Source: Polyangiaceae bacterium
Lineage (GTDB): Bacteria; Myxococcota_A; Polyangia; Polyangiales; Polyangiaceae
NCBI GenBank assembly: GCA_035063585.1
Contig: JAPSGB010000036.1
Span: forward strand, 1 to 46,449
DNA length: 46,449 nt
Reading direction: 5' to 3'
Position 1 is the stretch's first letter; every line of letters begins with the position of its first letter. The notes beneath the pieces were generated by a model that was not told where the DNA came from, did not search any database, and saw only the letters and a list, made by a program, of their open reading frames with translations. Positions 29,390-40,300 of the stretch are shown here, piece after piece. The position numbers were made by a program, and so were the translations under genes.

Positions 29390-30223
29390 ATGACACTCGC
29401 ACGGTGGATGGTCTCGGTCGGGCTGGTGGCGCTCACCGCCTGCGGGGGAAGCACGGTGAACGGCTCCGCCCGCGACGGCGGGAGCGCGGGCGCGCCGGCG
29501 GCCGGCGGGAGCGCGGGCGCACCAGGGGCCGGCGGGAGCGCGGGCACGCCAGGGGCCGGCGGGAGCGCGGGCGCGCCAGGGGCCGGCGGGAGCGCAGGCG
29601 TCGGCGACGACTGCGAGCGCATCACGGCGAGCCTCGCGGCCGCCACCCACCAGGGGTTCGCCGCCAGCGTCGTGGTGCGCCTCGACTACCAGTCACTCGC
29701 CGTGCGGGGCCACGCCATCGTCGCCGGCGACTACGCGCCGTCCGACGAGGCCTCGGCGCGCGAGCGCGCTCGAGAGGACACCGGCTACGGGGACGGGCGG
29801 CTGCTCACCCCGTCGTCGCCGGGCGACGAGTGGGTGTTCTACTCGGAGCCGGGCGACTTCGGCGGCGCCGCGGCGGTGAGCGCGCGAACCGGCCAGACGG
29901 TCTTCGGCGGCTCGATCATCTGGATGGGGCGAGGCGAGACCAACTACCCCGCGCGCTGGGAGACGAGCGCTCTCGGTCATGACTGCGAGAAGGTGCCGGA
30001 CCGCCCGGCGCGCGGCTTCGATCTCCGCGACGGGTCGCCGCTCGGGCAGGCGGAGGTCGACGCCGCGCTCGAGGTCGTGTGGCGCACGGCGGTCCCGGCC
30101 GCGCTCTATCAGTGGGGTTACGTCTTCGACAGCGTGGTGCTCCTCTACCCGCGCACGGTAGGGGCGTTCGATCCGACGAGCGCCGAGTACGTCGTGATCG
30201 TCAACTCGGGCTTCCTCGAGTAG
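29390..30223 (+). CDS. Hypothetical lipoprotein
   Basis: LTAC lipobox, GGSAGAPGA linker, globular domain containing PGDFGG...GGSIIWMG. Confidence 0.78.
   Translation: MTLARWMVSVGLVALTACGGSTVNGSARDGGSAGAPAAGGSAGAPGAGGSAGTPGAGGSAGAPGAGGSAGVGDDCERITASLAAATHQGFAASVVVRLDYQSLAVRGHAIVAGDYAPSDEASARERAREDTGYGDGRLLTPSSPGDEWVFYSEPGDFGGAAAVSARTGQTVFGGSIIWMGRGETNYPARWETSALGHDCEKVPDRPARGFDLRDGSPLGQAEVDAALEVVWRTAVPAALYQWGYVFDSVVLLYPRTVGAFDPTSAEYVVIVNSGFLE
29477..29599 (+). repeat. 27-bp coding tandem repeat, about 4.5 copies (GGSAGAPGA)
   Basis: ggcgggagcgcgggcgcgccaggggcc units with few substitutions. Confidence 0.88.
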
Positions 30224-30260
30224 CGGGCCGCGACGCCGGCCGCGCCGGGCCGCCATTGCA

Positions 30261-31655
30261 TCAGGAGTCGTGCGCGGGAGGCTCCGCAGCCTCCACGCCG
30301 TAGCGGCGCATCAGCCGGTAGAAGCTCTCACGTTCGACGCCGGCGTGGGAGGCCGCGTCCGCCACGCGGCCGCCATGACGGCGCAGCACCTCCTCGAGGT
30401 AGCGGCGAGCGACGTCGGCGCGCGCGGTCTCGATGGCCTCGCTCCACGGCATGGCGGCCAGATCGCTCGCCGCGGGCGCGGTCGCTGGCCTCGCGAGCTC
30501 GGGCGGCAGATCCTCGGGCTCGATGCGCTCACCGGTCGCGACCAGGCACGCGCGCTCGACGGCGGCGCGGAGCTGCCGCACGTTGCCCGGCCACTCGAAG
30601 CGCCGCATCGACTCGAGCGCCGCGTCCGAGAAGCCGCTCACCCGCCGTCCGGGAGCGCTCGCGGAAGACTCGCGGAGGAAGCGCGCGGCGAGCAGCGCCA
30701 CGTCGTCCGCCCGCTCGCGGAGCGGCGGGAGGCGCACGGTCGCCACGTTCAACCGGTACCAGAGATCCTCGCGAAACGTCCCGGCCGCCACCATCGCGCC
30801 GACATCCCGGTGGGTCGCGGCGATGAGCCGCACGTCGACCGGACGCTCACGCGCCTCGCCGATGCGGCGCACCGCCCGCTCCTCGAGCGCGCGAGTGAGC
30901 TTGGCCTGTAGCGACACCCGCAGCTCGCCGATTTCGTCGAGGAAGAGCGTCCCCTTGTCGGCGTCCTCGAAGAGCCCCGCGCGATCACGCGCGGCGCCGG
31001 TGAACGCGCCGCGCGCGTAGCCGAAGAGCTCACTCTCGAGGAGCTCACCCGGAATCGCCGCCGAGTTCACCGCCACGAAGCGTCGCTCGGCGCGGGCGCC
31101 GAGCCGGTGGAGCGCGCGCGCCACGAGCTCCTTGCCGGTGCCCGTCTCACCGAGCAGGAGCACGGTGGCGTCGCTGCGCGCGAAGCGCCGCACCAGCTCG
31201 GCGAGCTCGTGCATCGCGGGTGAGCGCCCCACGAGGCCCGGCAGGAGCTCCGCGTCATCACCGCTCGCGCCCGCGTCGGGCGCGCTCGCCGCGCGCCCGA
31301 GCGCGCGCAGCACGACCGCGCGCGCGAGCGCCGGATCGAAGGGCTTGGTGAGATAGTCGTAAGCCCCGGCGCGGAGCGCCTCGACGGCGTTCGGCACGGT
31401 CGCGTAGGCGGTCATCAGGATGAACTCCGCGCCGGGGCGGAGCCGCTTACACTCCTTCAAGACGGCGAGTCCGTCGACGTCCGGCATCCGCAGATCGGCG
31501 AGCACCACGGAGACCGGCTCGCGCTCGAGCACCCCGAGCGCCTCGCGTCCGCCACCGGCAAGCAGCACCCGCGCGTCGTGCTTCAGCACCTTCTGTAGGA
31601 GCCGCAGCATGTTGGGCCGATCATCGACCACGAGCACGGTGGGGAGCGGCGACAT
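30261..31655 (-). CDS. Sigma54-dependent response regulator (NtrC/AtoC family)
   Basis: Receiver [56 protein letters not shown]-terminal HTH; ATG 31655. Confidence 0.95.
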   Translation of the reverse strand: MSPLPTVLVVDDRPNMLRLLQKVLKHDARVLLAGGGREALGVLEREPVSVVLADLRMPDVDGLAVLKECKRLRPGAEFILMTAYATVPNAVEALRAGAYDYLTKPFDPALARAVVLRALGRAASAPDAGASGDDAELLPGLVGRSPAMHELAELVRRFARSDATVLLLGETGTGKELVARALHRLGARAERRFVAVNSAAIPGELLESELFGYARGAFTGAARDRAGLFEDADKGTLFLDEIGELRVSLQAKLTRALEERAVRRIGEARERPVDVRLIAATHRDVGAMVAAGTFREDLWYRLNVATVRLPPLRERADDVALLAARFLRESSASAPGRRVSGFSDAALESMRRFEWPGNVRQLRAAVERACLVATGERIEPEDLPPELARPATAPAASDLAAMPWSEAIETARADVARRYLEEVLRRHGGRVADAASHAGVERESFYRLMRRYGVEAAEPPAHDS

Positions 31656-31803
31656 CCGCCCCGCATCATGCCACGCCTGCCCCTCGAGGGAGGAATGTGA
31701 GCCCGGCGCGCCCGGGCTCCCTGGCCGATTTCGCAAGACGCTTGCCTCGGCTCGGTGAGTCGCGGAAAGCTCCGGGGGTGGCGGCCGAGCGGAGCGGAGG
31801 CGA

Positions 31804-33135
31804 ATGAAGAAGCACGGGCTCGCGCTCCTCGCGCTCGCGCTGGTGGTCGCCGTGCAGGTCGGCGCGACGCTGGTCGTGAAGGACTACACCGGCCCGGTCG
31901 CGGTGATCGCGGCGGTGGGCTTCCTCTTGCTCGCCGGTGAGCTCTTGGCGCGCCTCTTCGAGCCGCTCGGCCTGCCGCACCTCAGCGGCTACCTGTGCGC
32001 CGGGATCCTCGCCGGTCCGCATGTGGCGGGGCTCATCGGCCACCAGACGGTGCACCAGCTCGCGCCGGTGAACGCGCTCGCGCTCACGCTCATCGCGCTG
32101 GCCGGCGGGGCCGAGCTCCGCATCGCGGATCTTCGCCGCGCGGCGCGGAGCCTCGCGTGGGCGACCCTCTCTCAGAACGTCCTCGCGCTCGTCGCGATCG
32201 GCGGCGTCTTCATCCTGCTCACGCGCTTCATGCCCTTCACGCACGGCATGACGTTCACCGCCATCCTCGGCGTCGCGGTGCTGTGGGGCGTGATGGGAAC
32301 CACCCGAAGCCCGGCGGCGACCCTCGCCATCCTGTCGCAGACGCGCGCGAAGGGGCCGCTCGCCGAGTTCACGCTCGCCTTCATCATGACCTCGGACGTC
32401 GTGGTCCTGGTGCTCCTCGCCGTCGCCATGATGACCGCGCGCGCGCTCCTCGAGGGCGTCGCACCGAATCTGGCGGCCTTCACCGATCTCGGTCACGAGC
32501 TCGTCGGGAGCACTTCGCTCGGCGTCGCGCTCGGGCTCGGGCTCGCCATCTATCTTCGGCTCATCGGCCGTCAGGTCGTGCTCGTCCTCATCGCCATCGG
32601 TTTCGGGCTCACCGAGGCCCTGAAGTACCTGCGTCTCGATCCGCTCCTCACCTTCATGATCGCGGGGTTCGTGGTGCAGAACCTCTCCGCGCAGGGCAAG
32701 AAGCTCCTCGAGTCCATCGAACGCACGGGCGACGTCGTCTTCGTGGTGTTCTTCGCGACCGCCGGCACCGAGCTCGATCTGCCCTTGCTCCGTCAGCTCT
32801 GGCCGGTCGCGCTCGCGCTCGCGGTGGCGCGGGGGCTGGCGACCTGGGGAGCCCATCGGCTCGGGAGCCGCCTGGCCGGGGACTCGCCGTTCATTCGTCG
32901 CTGGGGCTTCACCGGAATGATCTCCCAGGCCGGCCTCGCGCTCGGCCTGGCCATGGTGGTTCGCCAGTCCTTCCCGTCCTTCGGGGCGGAGTTCGGCTCG
33001 CTCGCGGTCGCCTCGCTCGCGCTAAACGAGATGGTCGGTCCGGTGCTCTTCAAGCTCGCGCTCGATCGAGCCGGCGAGACCGCCCCGGCGAGCCTCCGCG
33101 CGGGCCCCGCGCCGGCGCCGGCGGCGGACGGGTGA
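31804..33135 (+). CDS. Cation:proton antiporter (Na+/K+:H+ exchanger family)
   Basis: About 12 TM segments; LPHLSGYLCAGILAGP, GGAEL, SPAAT, FFATAG, SQAGLALG, NEMVGP. Confidence 0.85.
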   Translation: MKKHGLALLALALVVAVQVGATLVVKDYTGPVAVIAAVGFLLLAGELLARLFEPLGLPHLSGYLCAGILAGPHVAGLIGHQTVHQLAPVNALALTLIALAGGAELRIADLRRAARSLAWATLSQNVLALVAIGGVFILLTRFMPFTHGMTFTAILGVAVLWGVMGTTRSPAATLAILSQTRAKGPLAEFTLAFIMTSDVVVLVLLAVAMMTARALLEGVAPNLAAFTDLGHELVGSTSLGVALGLGLAIYLRLIGRQVVLVLIAIGFGLTEALKYLRLDPLLTFMIAGFVVQNLSAQGKKLLESIERTGDVVFVVFFATAGTELDLPLLRQLWPVALALAVARGLATWGAHRLGSRLAGDSPFIRRWGFTGMISQAGLALGLAMVVRQSFPSFGAEFGSLAVASLALNEMVGPVLFKLALDRAGETAPASLRAGPAPAPAADG

Positions 33136-33163
33136 GGTCGCGCGAGCGCGAGCACCCCGCCGC

Positions 33164-34624
33164 TCAGATCGCTTCCTCTCGCGCAGGCGCGGCCGGCGGC
33201 AGGTTGACGCGGAACTCGCTGCCGCCCCCCGCCCGAGGGCGCACGGTGATGCTGCCACCGTGAGCGCGCACGATCCCGTCGCACACCGCGAGCCCGAGCC
33301 CCGACCCGCCATCACGCTTGGAATAGAAGGGCTCGAAGATGCGCTCGGCGTCCTCCGGGGCGACCCCAGGGCCGCGATCCAAGACCGAGAAGTCGTAGCC
33401 GCCGCCGGCCGCTGGCGCGCCGATCAGCTCGACGGGCGTCCCCTTCGGCGCGAGCTGCAGGGCGTTTCGGAGCAGGTTCGAGACGACCTGGCGCAGGCGG
33501 CGCGCATCGCCGACGCAGGTCCCCGGTTCGACGTCGACCGTCACGTCGTGCGCGCCCGCCTCTCCGCTCGCCACGAGCCGCGCGCCCGCCTCTTCGAGGA
33601 TCGGACCGAGCTCGACGTTCGCGCGCTCGATCTCTCCAGCCCGCGCGTAGGCCAGGAGATCTTCCGCGATGCGCTGGCAGGTCGCGGCCTCATCGTCGAT
33701 GATGGCGAGCGCCTCGCGGAGCTCCGCCGGATCGTCGCCCGCGTGCACGGTGCGGAGGTAGCCGCGAATGACCCCGATGGGATTGTTGATCTCGTGCGCG
33801 ACGCCCGCGGCGAGCTGACCTATCACGGCGAGCCGCTCGGAGCGAACCAGTCGCGCCTGTCGCGCGCGGAGCTCCTCTATCATGCTGTCGAAGGCTTGTG
33901 CGACCAGCGCGAGCTCACCGGCGCCGACGTTGCCGCGCGGAGTGTCGAAATCCCCCTGCCCGACGCGCCGCGCGGCCGCCGCTAGCTCCCCGAGCGGCAG
34001 CACCACGGAGCGTCGAATGCTTCGGGTCTCGAGGATCGAGAGCACGATGACGAGGAGCATTCCCGCCCCTCCGGTGAGGAGCCCGACGCGGCTCGCGTTC
34101 ATGGCCGAGGTGTGCCAGCCGGCCATCTGCACCTCCGCGAGGGAGGTGAGCGCGTCGGCGTCCGCCATCGCTCGCACGGCGATCACGCGCGCCTCGCCGT
34201 GCGCGAGAACGGCCTCGTCGTGAGCGCCGCGCTCGAGGGCTGGCCGGATGGTCTCGGTGAAGAGCAGAGAGAGCCGCCGGCTCTCTGCGACCACCCGGTC
34301 GATCTTCACTCGATCCGAGGGCACCACGCGCTCGCGCAGCGCGGCGGCGTGCGCCTCGACCTTCGCGAGCGCCGGGCTCGGCTCGGCAGACACCTCGCCG
34401 GCAATGACCGCCTCGCTCTCGCGGATGTATTCTTCCCTCACCGCCATCGCGAGCGCGAGGCTGTCGCGGGTGGTCGACTCTCCGCTCATCTTCATCTCTT
34501 GCACGGTGTCGCTCACGTTCGCGAGGAGCACGAGCAGCACGGCGCACATCCCGAGCGCGGTGAGGCCGACGACGGCGAACCCGATCGCGAGACGGCGCCC
34601 GATCACGGGCCCTCTGGCGGACAT
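33164..34624 (-). CDS. HAMP-domain sensor histidine kinase
   Basis: Two TMs around a helical sensor region, HAMP, GVAHEINNP (H-box), NLLRNA, DRGPG, GSGLGL; ATG 34624. Confidence 0.93.
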   Translation of the reverse strand: MSARGPVIGRRLAIGFAVVGLTALGMCAVLLVLLANVSDTVQEMKMSGESTTRDSLALAMAVREEYIRESEAVIAGEVSAEPSPALAKVEAHAAALRERVVPSDRVKIDRVVAESRRLSLLFTETIRPALERGAHDEAVLAHGEARVIAVRAMADADALTSLAEVQMAGWHTSAMNASRVGLLTGGAGMLLVIVLSILETRSIRRSVVLPLGELAAAARRVGQGDFDTPRGNVGAGELALVAQAFDSMIEELRARQARLVRSERLAVIGQLAAGVAHEINNPIGVIRGYLRTVHAGDDPAELREALAIIDDEAATCQRIAEDLLAYARAGEIERANVELGPILEEAGARLVASGEAGAHDVTVDVEPGTCVGDARRLRQVVSNLLRNALQLAPKGTPVELIGAPAAGGGYDFSVLDRGPGVAPEDAERIFEPFYSKRDGGSGLGLAVCDGIVRAHGGSITVRPRAGGGSEFRVNLPPAAPAREEAI

Positions 34625-34787
34625 TTTCGCATCATGCCACCGTACCCGCGCCCTTCCATCAACCACCTGAAATGAATATCGAATTGTCGCTCTTCGGGGC
34701 TCAGGGCGAGCTCGCCGGCAGGCTCAGGGAACGCCCCCGGGACTTCTCGCTCCCGAACCCCGGGAGTTCGTGTTAGGGGCGGATGCG

Positions 34788-35606
34788 ATGAATGACTTGA
34801 GCCTCGTCAACCTGCAAGAGACCCTGACTACCGCCGTCACTTCCATCCTCTTGAAGGTGCTCGGCGCGCTCGCCTTCTGGATCATCGGCCGCTGGCTCAT
34901 CGGCATGGCGGTTCGCATGCTCCAGTCGCTGCTCATCAAGAACAAGGTGGATCCCACCCTGCTCCGCTACGCAGGCTCGATCCTGAACGTCACCCTCAAC
35001 ATCATCCTGGTCGTCGGAATCCTCGGCTACTTCGGGGTCCAGACCACGACCTTCGCCGCGCTCTTCGCGGCCGCCGGGGTCGCCATCGGGATGGCCTGGT
35101 CGGGGCTGCTCGCTCATTTCGCGGCGGGCGCCTTCCTCATCGTGCTTAGGCCGTTCAAGTCGGGCGACTTCGTCTCCGCGGGAGGCGTCACCGGCACGGT
35201 GCGTGAGGTCGGTCTCTTCGCGACCATCATCGACACCCCGGACAACCTGCACACGGTGGTCGGCAACAACAAGATCCTGAGCGAGACGATCATCAACTAT
35301 AGCGCCAACAGCTACCGGCGCGTCGAGCTCACCGCCCAGCTCTCCGGCGCGGCGGATTTTGCTGCGGCGATGAAGCTCCTCAAGGAGAAGCTCGCCGAGA
35401 TCCCGAACGTGCTGAAGGACCCCGCGCCGTCGGTCGAGATCCTGGAGTTCAACCTGGTCGGCCCGGTGCTCGCGGTGCGGCCGTTCTGCCACAACGACGA
35501 TTACTGGCAGGTGTTCTTCGACACCAATCGGCTCCTCAAGGAGGAGCTCGGCGCGTTCCCGGCGCCCACGCCCGCGCAGAACGTCCACGTGCGTCAGGTC
35601 GCCTGA
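34788..35606 (+). CDS. mscS: Small-conductance mechanosensitive channel
   Basis: Three TMs, AAAGVAIGMA, LRPFKSGDFV, GTVREVGLFAT, IINYS, RRVEL. Confidence 0.9.
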   Translation: MNDLSLVNLQETLTTAVTSILLKVLGALAFWIIGRWLIGMAVRMLQSLLIKNKVDPTLLRYAGSILNVTLNIILVVGILGYFGVQTTTFAALFAAAGVAIGMAWSGLLAHFAAGAFLIVLRPFKSGDFVSAGGVTGTVREVGLFATIIDTPDNLHTVVGNNKILSETIINYSANSYRRVELTAQLSGAADFAAAMKLLKEKLAEIPNVLKDPAPSVEILEFNLVGPVLAVRPFCHNDDYWQVFFDTNRLLKEELGAFPAPTPAQNVHVRQVA

Positions 35607-35632
35607 CGCGCGCCGCTCTCAGCGCGCCGCCG

Positions 35633-35656
35633 CGGCGCGAGCGCACGCTCGCGCCG
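35633..35656. terminator. GC-rich hairpin between convergent genes
   Basis: CGGCGCGAGCG-CA-CGCTCGCGCCG inverted repeat; no U-tract. Confidence 0.45.
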
Positions 35657-35667
35657 GGCGCGCCTGC

Positions 35668-36024
35668 TCAGCTCGGACCAAACTCCTCGACCATGAAGGT
35701 CATGGTCCGCGCGACGCAGGCCGCGTCGCACCGGCCGGCGAGGTAGCCGGAGCCGCAGGTCTCGAGCTCCTCGATGACCTGGTGGAGCTCCGCGGCTTCG
35801 CGGCTCCGCGGCGCGGCGCGACCGCCCGCAGGCTCGCCCTCCGCGTAGCGCTTCACGGCCCCGACCATCGCCGCGGCCATCGCGTCCGCGTCGATCTCGC
35901 CATGCAAGAACCGCGGCCCGACTGCGACCACCTCGCCGATGGTCGCGCGCATCCGCTCCTCAGGGCTGCCGGTGGGCTTCACGGCGTGCGGGGGAGCGGG
36001 CTTCGCTGGTGACTTCGTTAGCAT
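35668..36024 (-). CDS. Small helical hypothetical protein with internal duplication
   Basis: GGAGG RBS before ATG 36024; high-GC3 codons; two G-x2-[FY]L-x-G-x2-DA repeats. Confidence 0.65.
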   Translation of the reverse strand: MLTKSPAKPAPPHAVKPTGSPEERMRATIGEVVAVGPRFLHGEIDADAMAAAMVGAVKRYAEGEPAGGRAAPRSREAAELHQVIEELETCGSGYLAGRCDAACVARTMTFMVEEFGPS

Positions 36025-36432
36025 CGCAACCTCCAGTCTCGAGCCCACCGAGTATCCCCCTCTCGGCGGCGGGCGCACCCTCGGCGCCCTTCCGCGGCGC
36101 AGCTCGCCGGCGCGCCCACGCGAAGCCCCCGGGGTGAGCAGGAGGTGCCGGGGCGGCGCGGAACCCTGCGCGTCGTCATGCCCGGCGGCTCGTCACATGA
36201 GCGACGTCACGTCACGGGAGCTTCCAGCGGCCGGGCCCGGCGCGCGCCGCGCGCCCCGCCCCTGCCGACGGATCATGTTTTATGCATTAGTTTCCGCTGC
36301 TTACGCGGCGGCTCCGCTCCTCTACGCGCCGCGCGCCGCTCCCGCCGACCTGTAAGGGCTGCGTAAGTGTCGATTGATATCCGAACGACCGAAGCTCGAA
36401 CCTGAACCGCTGCCCAGGCCAACGGAGGATCG

Positions 36433-37278
36433 ATGACGTCCCGGAATTCATGGAGAGGAAGTCGCGTTGCGCTGGCGCTCGTCGCGGCGTGCACCTTCGC
36501 GCTCCCGCGGCCGGCGCGGGCGGACGGGGGACAGACCAACTTCAACAAGTACTGCGCCGCCTGCCACACCATCGGCGGCGGCAAGCGGGTCGGGCCCGAT
36601 CTCGCGGGGCTCAAGGACCGCCACCCCGAGGAGTGGCTGGTGAGCTGGATCATGGACTCGCAGAAGATGGTGAACGCGGGCGACCCGAAGGCGGTGGCGC
36701 TCTTCAAAGAATATAACGTCGCGATGCCGCCGACCCCGCTCTCGGCGGACGAGATCCGCGCGCTCATCACCTTCATCGAGAGCGGCGCCACGGCCGGCGG
36801 CGAGGCCGCGCCCGAGGAGGCCGCGACCCCCGAGCAGATCAAGCTCGGCGAGCAGCTCTTCCGCGGCTCGGTCCGCTTCGCCAACGGCGGCCCGGCGTGT
36901 AGCTCGTGCCACCACGTCACCCAGGACGCGGTGATCGGCGGCGGCATCCTCGCGAAAGAGCTCACCGCCGCGCACAAGACGCTCGGCGGCCCGGGCATCC
37001 GCGCCATCCTCGCCGCGCCGCCCTTCCCGGTGATGCAGCAGGCGTTCGCCAAGAAGCCGCTCACCGACCAGGAGATGACGGCCCTCGTCGGCTACCTCGC
37101 CGACGCGAGCACGAAGCCGCAGAGCTACGACCAACCCCGGCAGGACAGCCTGAAGCTGCTGTTCGGCGGCCTCGGGGGATTCTCCGTCTTGATGATCGCC
37201 TTCGCGCTCATCTGGAACCGCCGCAAAGAGGAGCCGGTCGCGAAGAAGATCTTCGATCGTCAGGCGAAGAGCCGCTGA
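36433..37278 (+). CDS. narC: Membrane-anchored dihaem cytochrome c (NarC-like)
   Basis: Sec signal, CAACH and CSSCH haem motifs with downstream Met, C-terminal TM, GGAGG RBS; immediately upstream of narG. Confidence 0.85.
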   Translation: MTSRNSWRGSRVALALVAACTFALPRPARADGGQTNFNKYCAACHTIGGGKRVGPDLAGLKDRHPEEWLVSWIMDSQKMVNAGDPKAVALFKEYNVAMPPTPLSADEIRALITFIESGATAGGEAAPEEAATPEQIKLGEQLFRGSVRFANGGPACSSCHHVTQDAVIGGGILAKELTAAHKTLGGPGIRAILAAPPFPVMQQAFAKKPLTDQEMTALVGYLADASTKPQSYDQPRQDSLKLLFGGLGGFSVLMIAFALIWNRRKEEPVAKKIFDRQAKSR

Positions 37279-37335
37279 CGCGAGCCCCGGCGCTCGATTC
37301 GAACCGCAAATCAGTCTCGAAGAAGAGGTAGAGAA

Positions 37336-40300
37336 ATGAGCTGGATCCAGGACATCATCTCGCCGAAGACGCGGCAGTGGGAGGAATTCTACCGAAATCG
37401 CTTCCAGCACGACCGCATCGTGCGGAGCACCCACGGCGTCAACTGCACGGGCGGCTGCTCCTGGCAGGTGCACGTGAAGGACGGCATCGTCGTCTGGGAG
37501 ACGCAGCAGCTCGACTATCCGCTGCTCGAGAATTCACTGCCGCCCTACGAGCCCCGCGGTTGCCAGCGCGGGATCTCCTACTCCTGGTATCTCTATAGCC
37601 CGCTCCGCATCAAGTACCCGCTCATCCGCGGCGCGCTCATCGACGCCTTCGAGCGCGAAAAGGCCAACGCGCGAGGAGACGTGGTGCTCGCCTGGGAGAA
37701 CCTGCAGAAGGATCCGAAGAAGCGCGCCGCCTACCAGAACGCGCGCGGCAAGGGCGGCTTCCGCCGGGCCTCGTGGGACACCGTGCTCGAGATCATGGCG
37801 GCCGCGAACATCTCGACCGCGCGAAAATACGGCCCCGATCGCGTGTTCGGCTTCTCGCCGATCCCTGCCATGTCGATGCTGAGCTACGCCTCGGGAGCGC
37901 GGTTCCTCCAGCTCTTCGGGGGTGTGAACCTCAGCTTCTACGACTGGTACTGCGATCTCCCGACGGCCTTCCCGGAGATCTGGGGCGAGCAGACGGACGT
38001 GTGCGAGAGCGCCGACTGGTACAACGCGAAGATGATCGCGGACATGGGCGCGTGTCTCAACATGACCCGCACCCCTGACTGCCACTTCTTCGCTGAAGCG
38101 CGCCACAACGGCACCAAAGCCGTGGTCTTCGCGCCGGACTTCAGCCAGGTCTCGAAGTATGCCGACCAGTGGGTCCCGCTCCACGCCGGCAGCGATGGCG
38201 CCTTCTGGATGGCGGTGTCGCACGTCATCCTGAAGGAGTTCCATCACGACAAGCCGACGCCGTATTTCCTCGACTACGTCAGGAAGTACACCGACAGCCC
38301 GTTCCTCGTGAAGCTCGAGAAGACGGGCGACCACTACCGCCCAGGCCGCCTGATCCGCGCGAAGGAGCTCGAGCAGTACCGGGACATCGAGAACGGCGAC
38401 TGGAAGTTTCTGAACATCGACGAGGCGAGCGGCTCGCTCGTGGTTCCGAAGGGTAGTGTCGGTCACCGCTGGGACAAGGCTCAGGGCAACTGGAACATGA
38501 AGCTCGAGAGCACCGTCGACGGCGCTCCCTACGAGCCCCTGCTCACGCTGCTCGGCAAGAGCGACGAGACGCTATCGACCGAGTTCACCGACTTCGGCCT
38601 CGACAAGACCGCGCTCCGGCACGTCCCGGTCCGCTACCTCGAGACGACCGAGGGCAAGGTACCGGTGGCCACCGTCTACGACCTCATCATGGCGCAGTAT
38701 GGCGTTGGGCGCGGGCTCCCCGGCGACTACCCGAAGGACTACTCGGCCGAGAACGCCGCGTACACCCCCGCCTGGCAGGAGATCCTCACCGGGATCGGCC
38801 AGAAGACCCTGCTCCAGTTCGCCCGCGAGTGGGCGAACACGGCCAGCGCCACGCAGGGAAAGTGCATGATCATCATCGGCGCGGGGATCAACCACTGGTA
38901 CCACGCCAACCTGATGTATCGCGCCGGCGCCATGGCGCTCATGCTCACCGGGTGCGTGGGCAAGAACGGCGGCGGGCTCAACCACTACGTCGGGCAAGAG
39001 AAGCTCGCACCGGTCGACTCCTGGTCGGCCATCGCCTTCGCCAAGGACTGGCAGGGGCCGAGCCGCCTGCAGCAGGCGCCGATCTGGCACTACCTGAACA
39101 CCTGCCAGTACCGCTACGACGGCCAGTTCTCTCGCTACAACGCGGTCCCGAAGAACGAGCGCACCGCTCAGCACACGGCAGACACCATCTACCAGTCCGT
39201 CCGCATGGGCTGGATGCCGTACTACCCGCAGTTCGACCAGAACCCCCTCGAGCTCGCCGACGAGGCCTCGAAGCACGGGGCCAAGGACGACGCCTCCACC
39301 ATCGACTACGTGGTGAAGAAGCTGAAGGAGAAGACGCTCGGCTACTCGGTCGGCGATCCGGACGGCGAGGAGAACTTCCCCCGTGTCTGGTACATCTGGC
39401 GCGGCAACGCGCTCCTCGCGAGCATGAAGGGCCACGAGTACGCGCTCAAGCACTACCTCGGGACGCACTCGAACACGATCGGGAAGGACGCGGACGAGCA
39501 CACCGAGGAGGTCAAGTGGCACGACGTCGCGCCGGTCGGGAAGATGGACCTGGTGGTCGATCTCAACTTCCGTATGGACTCCTCCGCGCTCTACTCGGAC
39601 ATCGTCTTGCCGGCGGCGTCCTGGTACGAGAAGGCAGACCTCAACACGACGGATCTCCACTCCTTCATCCACCCGCTCTCTCCGGCGGTAGCGCCCGTGT
39701 GGGAGTCGAAGTCGGACTGGGACATCTTCAAGCTCGTCGCCAAGGCCACCAGCGAGCTCGCCAAGACCCATTTCCCTGGCGTCCACCGCGACATCGTGGC
39801 GAGCCCGCTCTCCCACGACACGGCCGATGAGATCACGCAACCCGAGGTGAAGGACTGGTACCGCGGCGAGTGCGAGCCCATTCCGGGCAAGACCATGCAC
39901 AAGCTCGCGGTCGTCGAGCGCGACTACACCAAGCTCTACGAGAAATACATCGCGTTTGGGGATCGCGTCCGCACGAGCGGGCTCGGCGCGCACGGCAACC
40001 ACTACGAGTGCGCCGACGCCTACGACGAGATGGTGTCGTCCTACCATTTCCCCACCGAGACGGTGGACGGCAAGACGTACCCGTCGCTTCGAGACGACAA
40101 CCTCGCGGCCAACGTGCTCCTCCACATGTCGACGCTCACCAACGGCGAGCTCAACGTGCGGGCCTACGAGTACATGGAGAAGAAGACCGGGCTTCCGCTC
40201 GCGGACCTCGGCGAGGGCAGCGCGGACGTCCACATCACCTATGAAGAGCTGCAGGCGCAGCCCCGACGCTACAACACCTCACCCGTGTGGTCCGGGCTCA

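Noticed and set aside
34625..34640. TGGCATG upstream of the kinase and regulator as a sigma54 -24 box
   Set aside because: No TTGC/GC at the -12 position in either copy; fits an extended -10 better.
34660..34674. IHF-like site CAACCACCTGAAAT between the kinase and mscS
   Set aside because: Only a partial match, with no convincing sigma54 promoter nearby.
36374..36387. FNR box upstream of narC
   Set aside because: Only the TTGAT half is present; the second half is GAACG rather than ATCAA.
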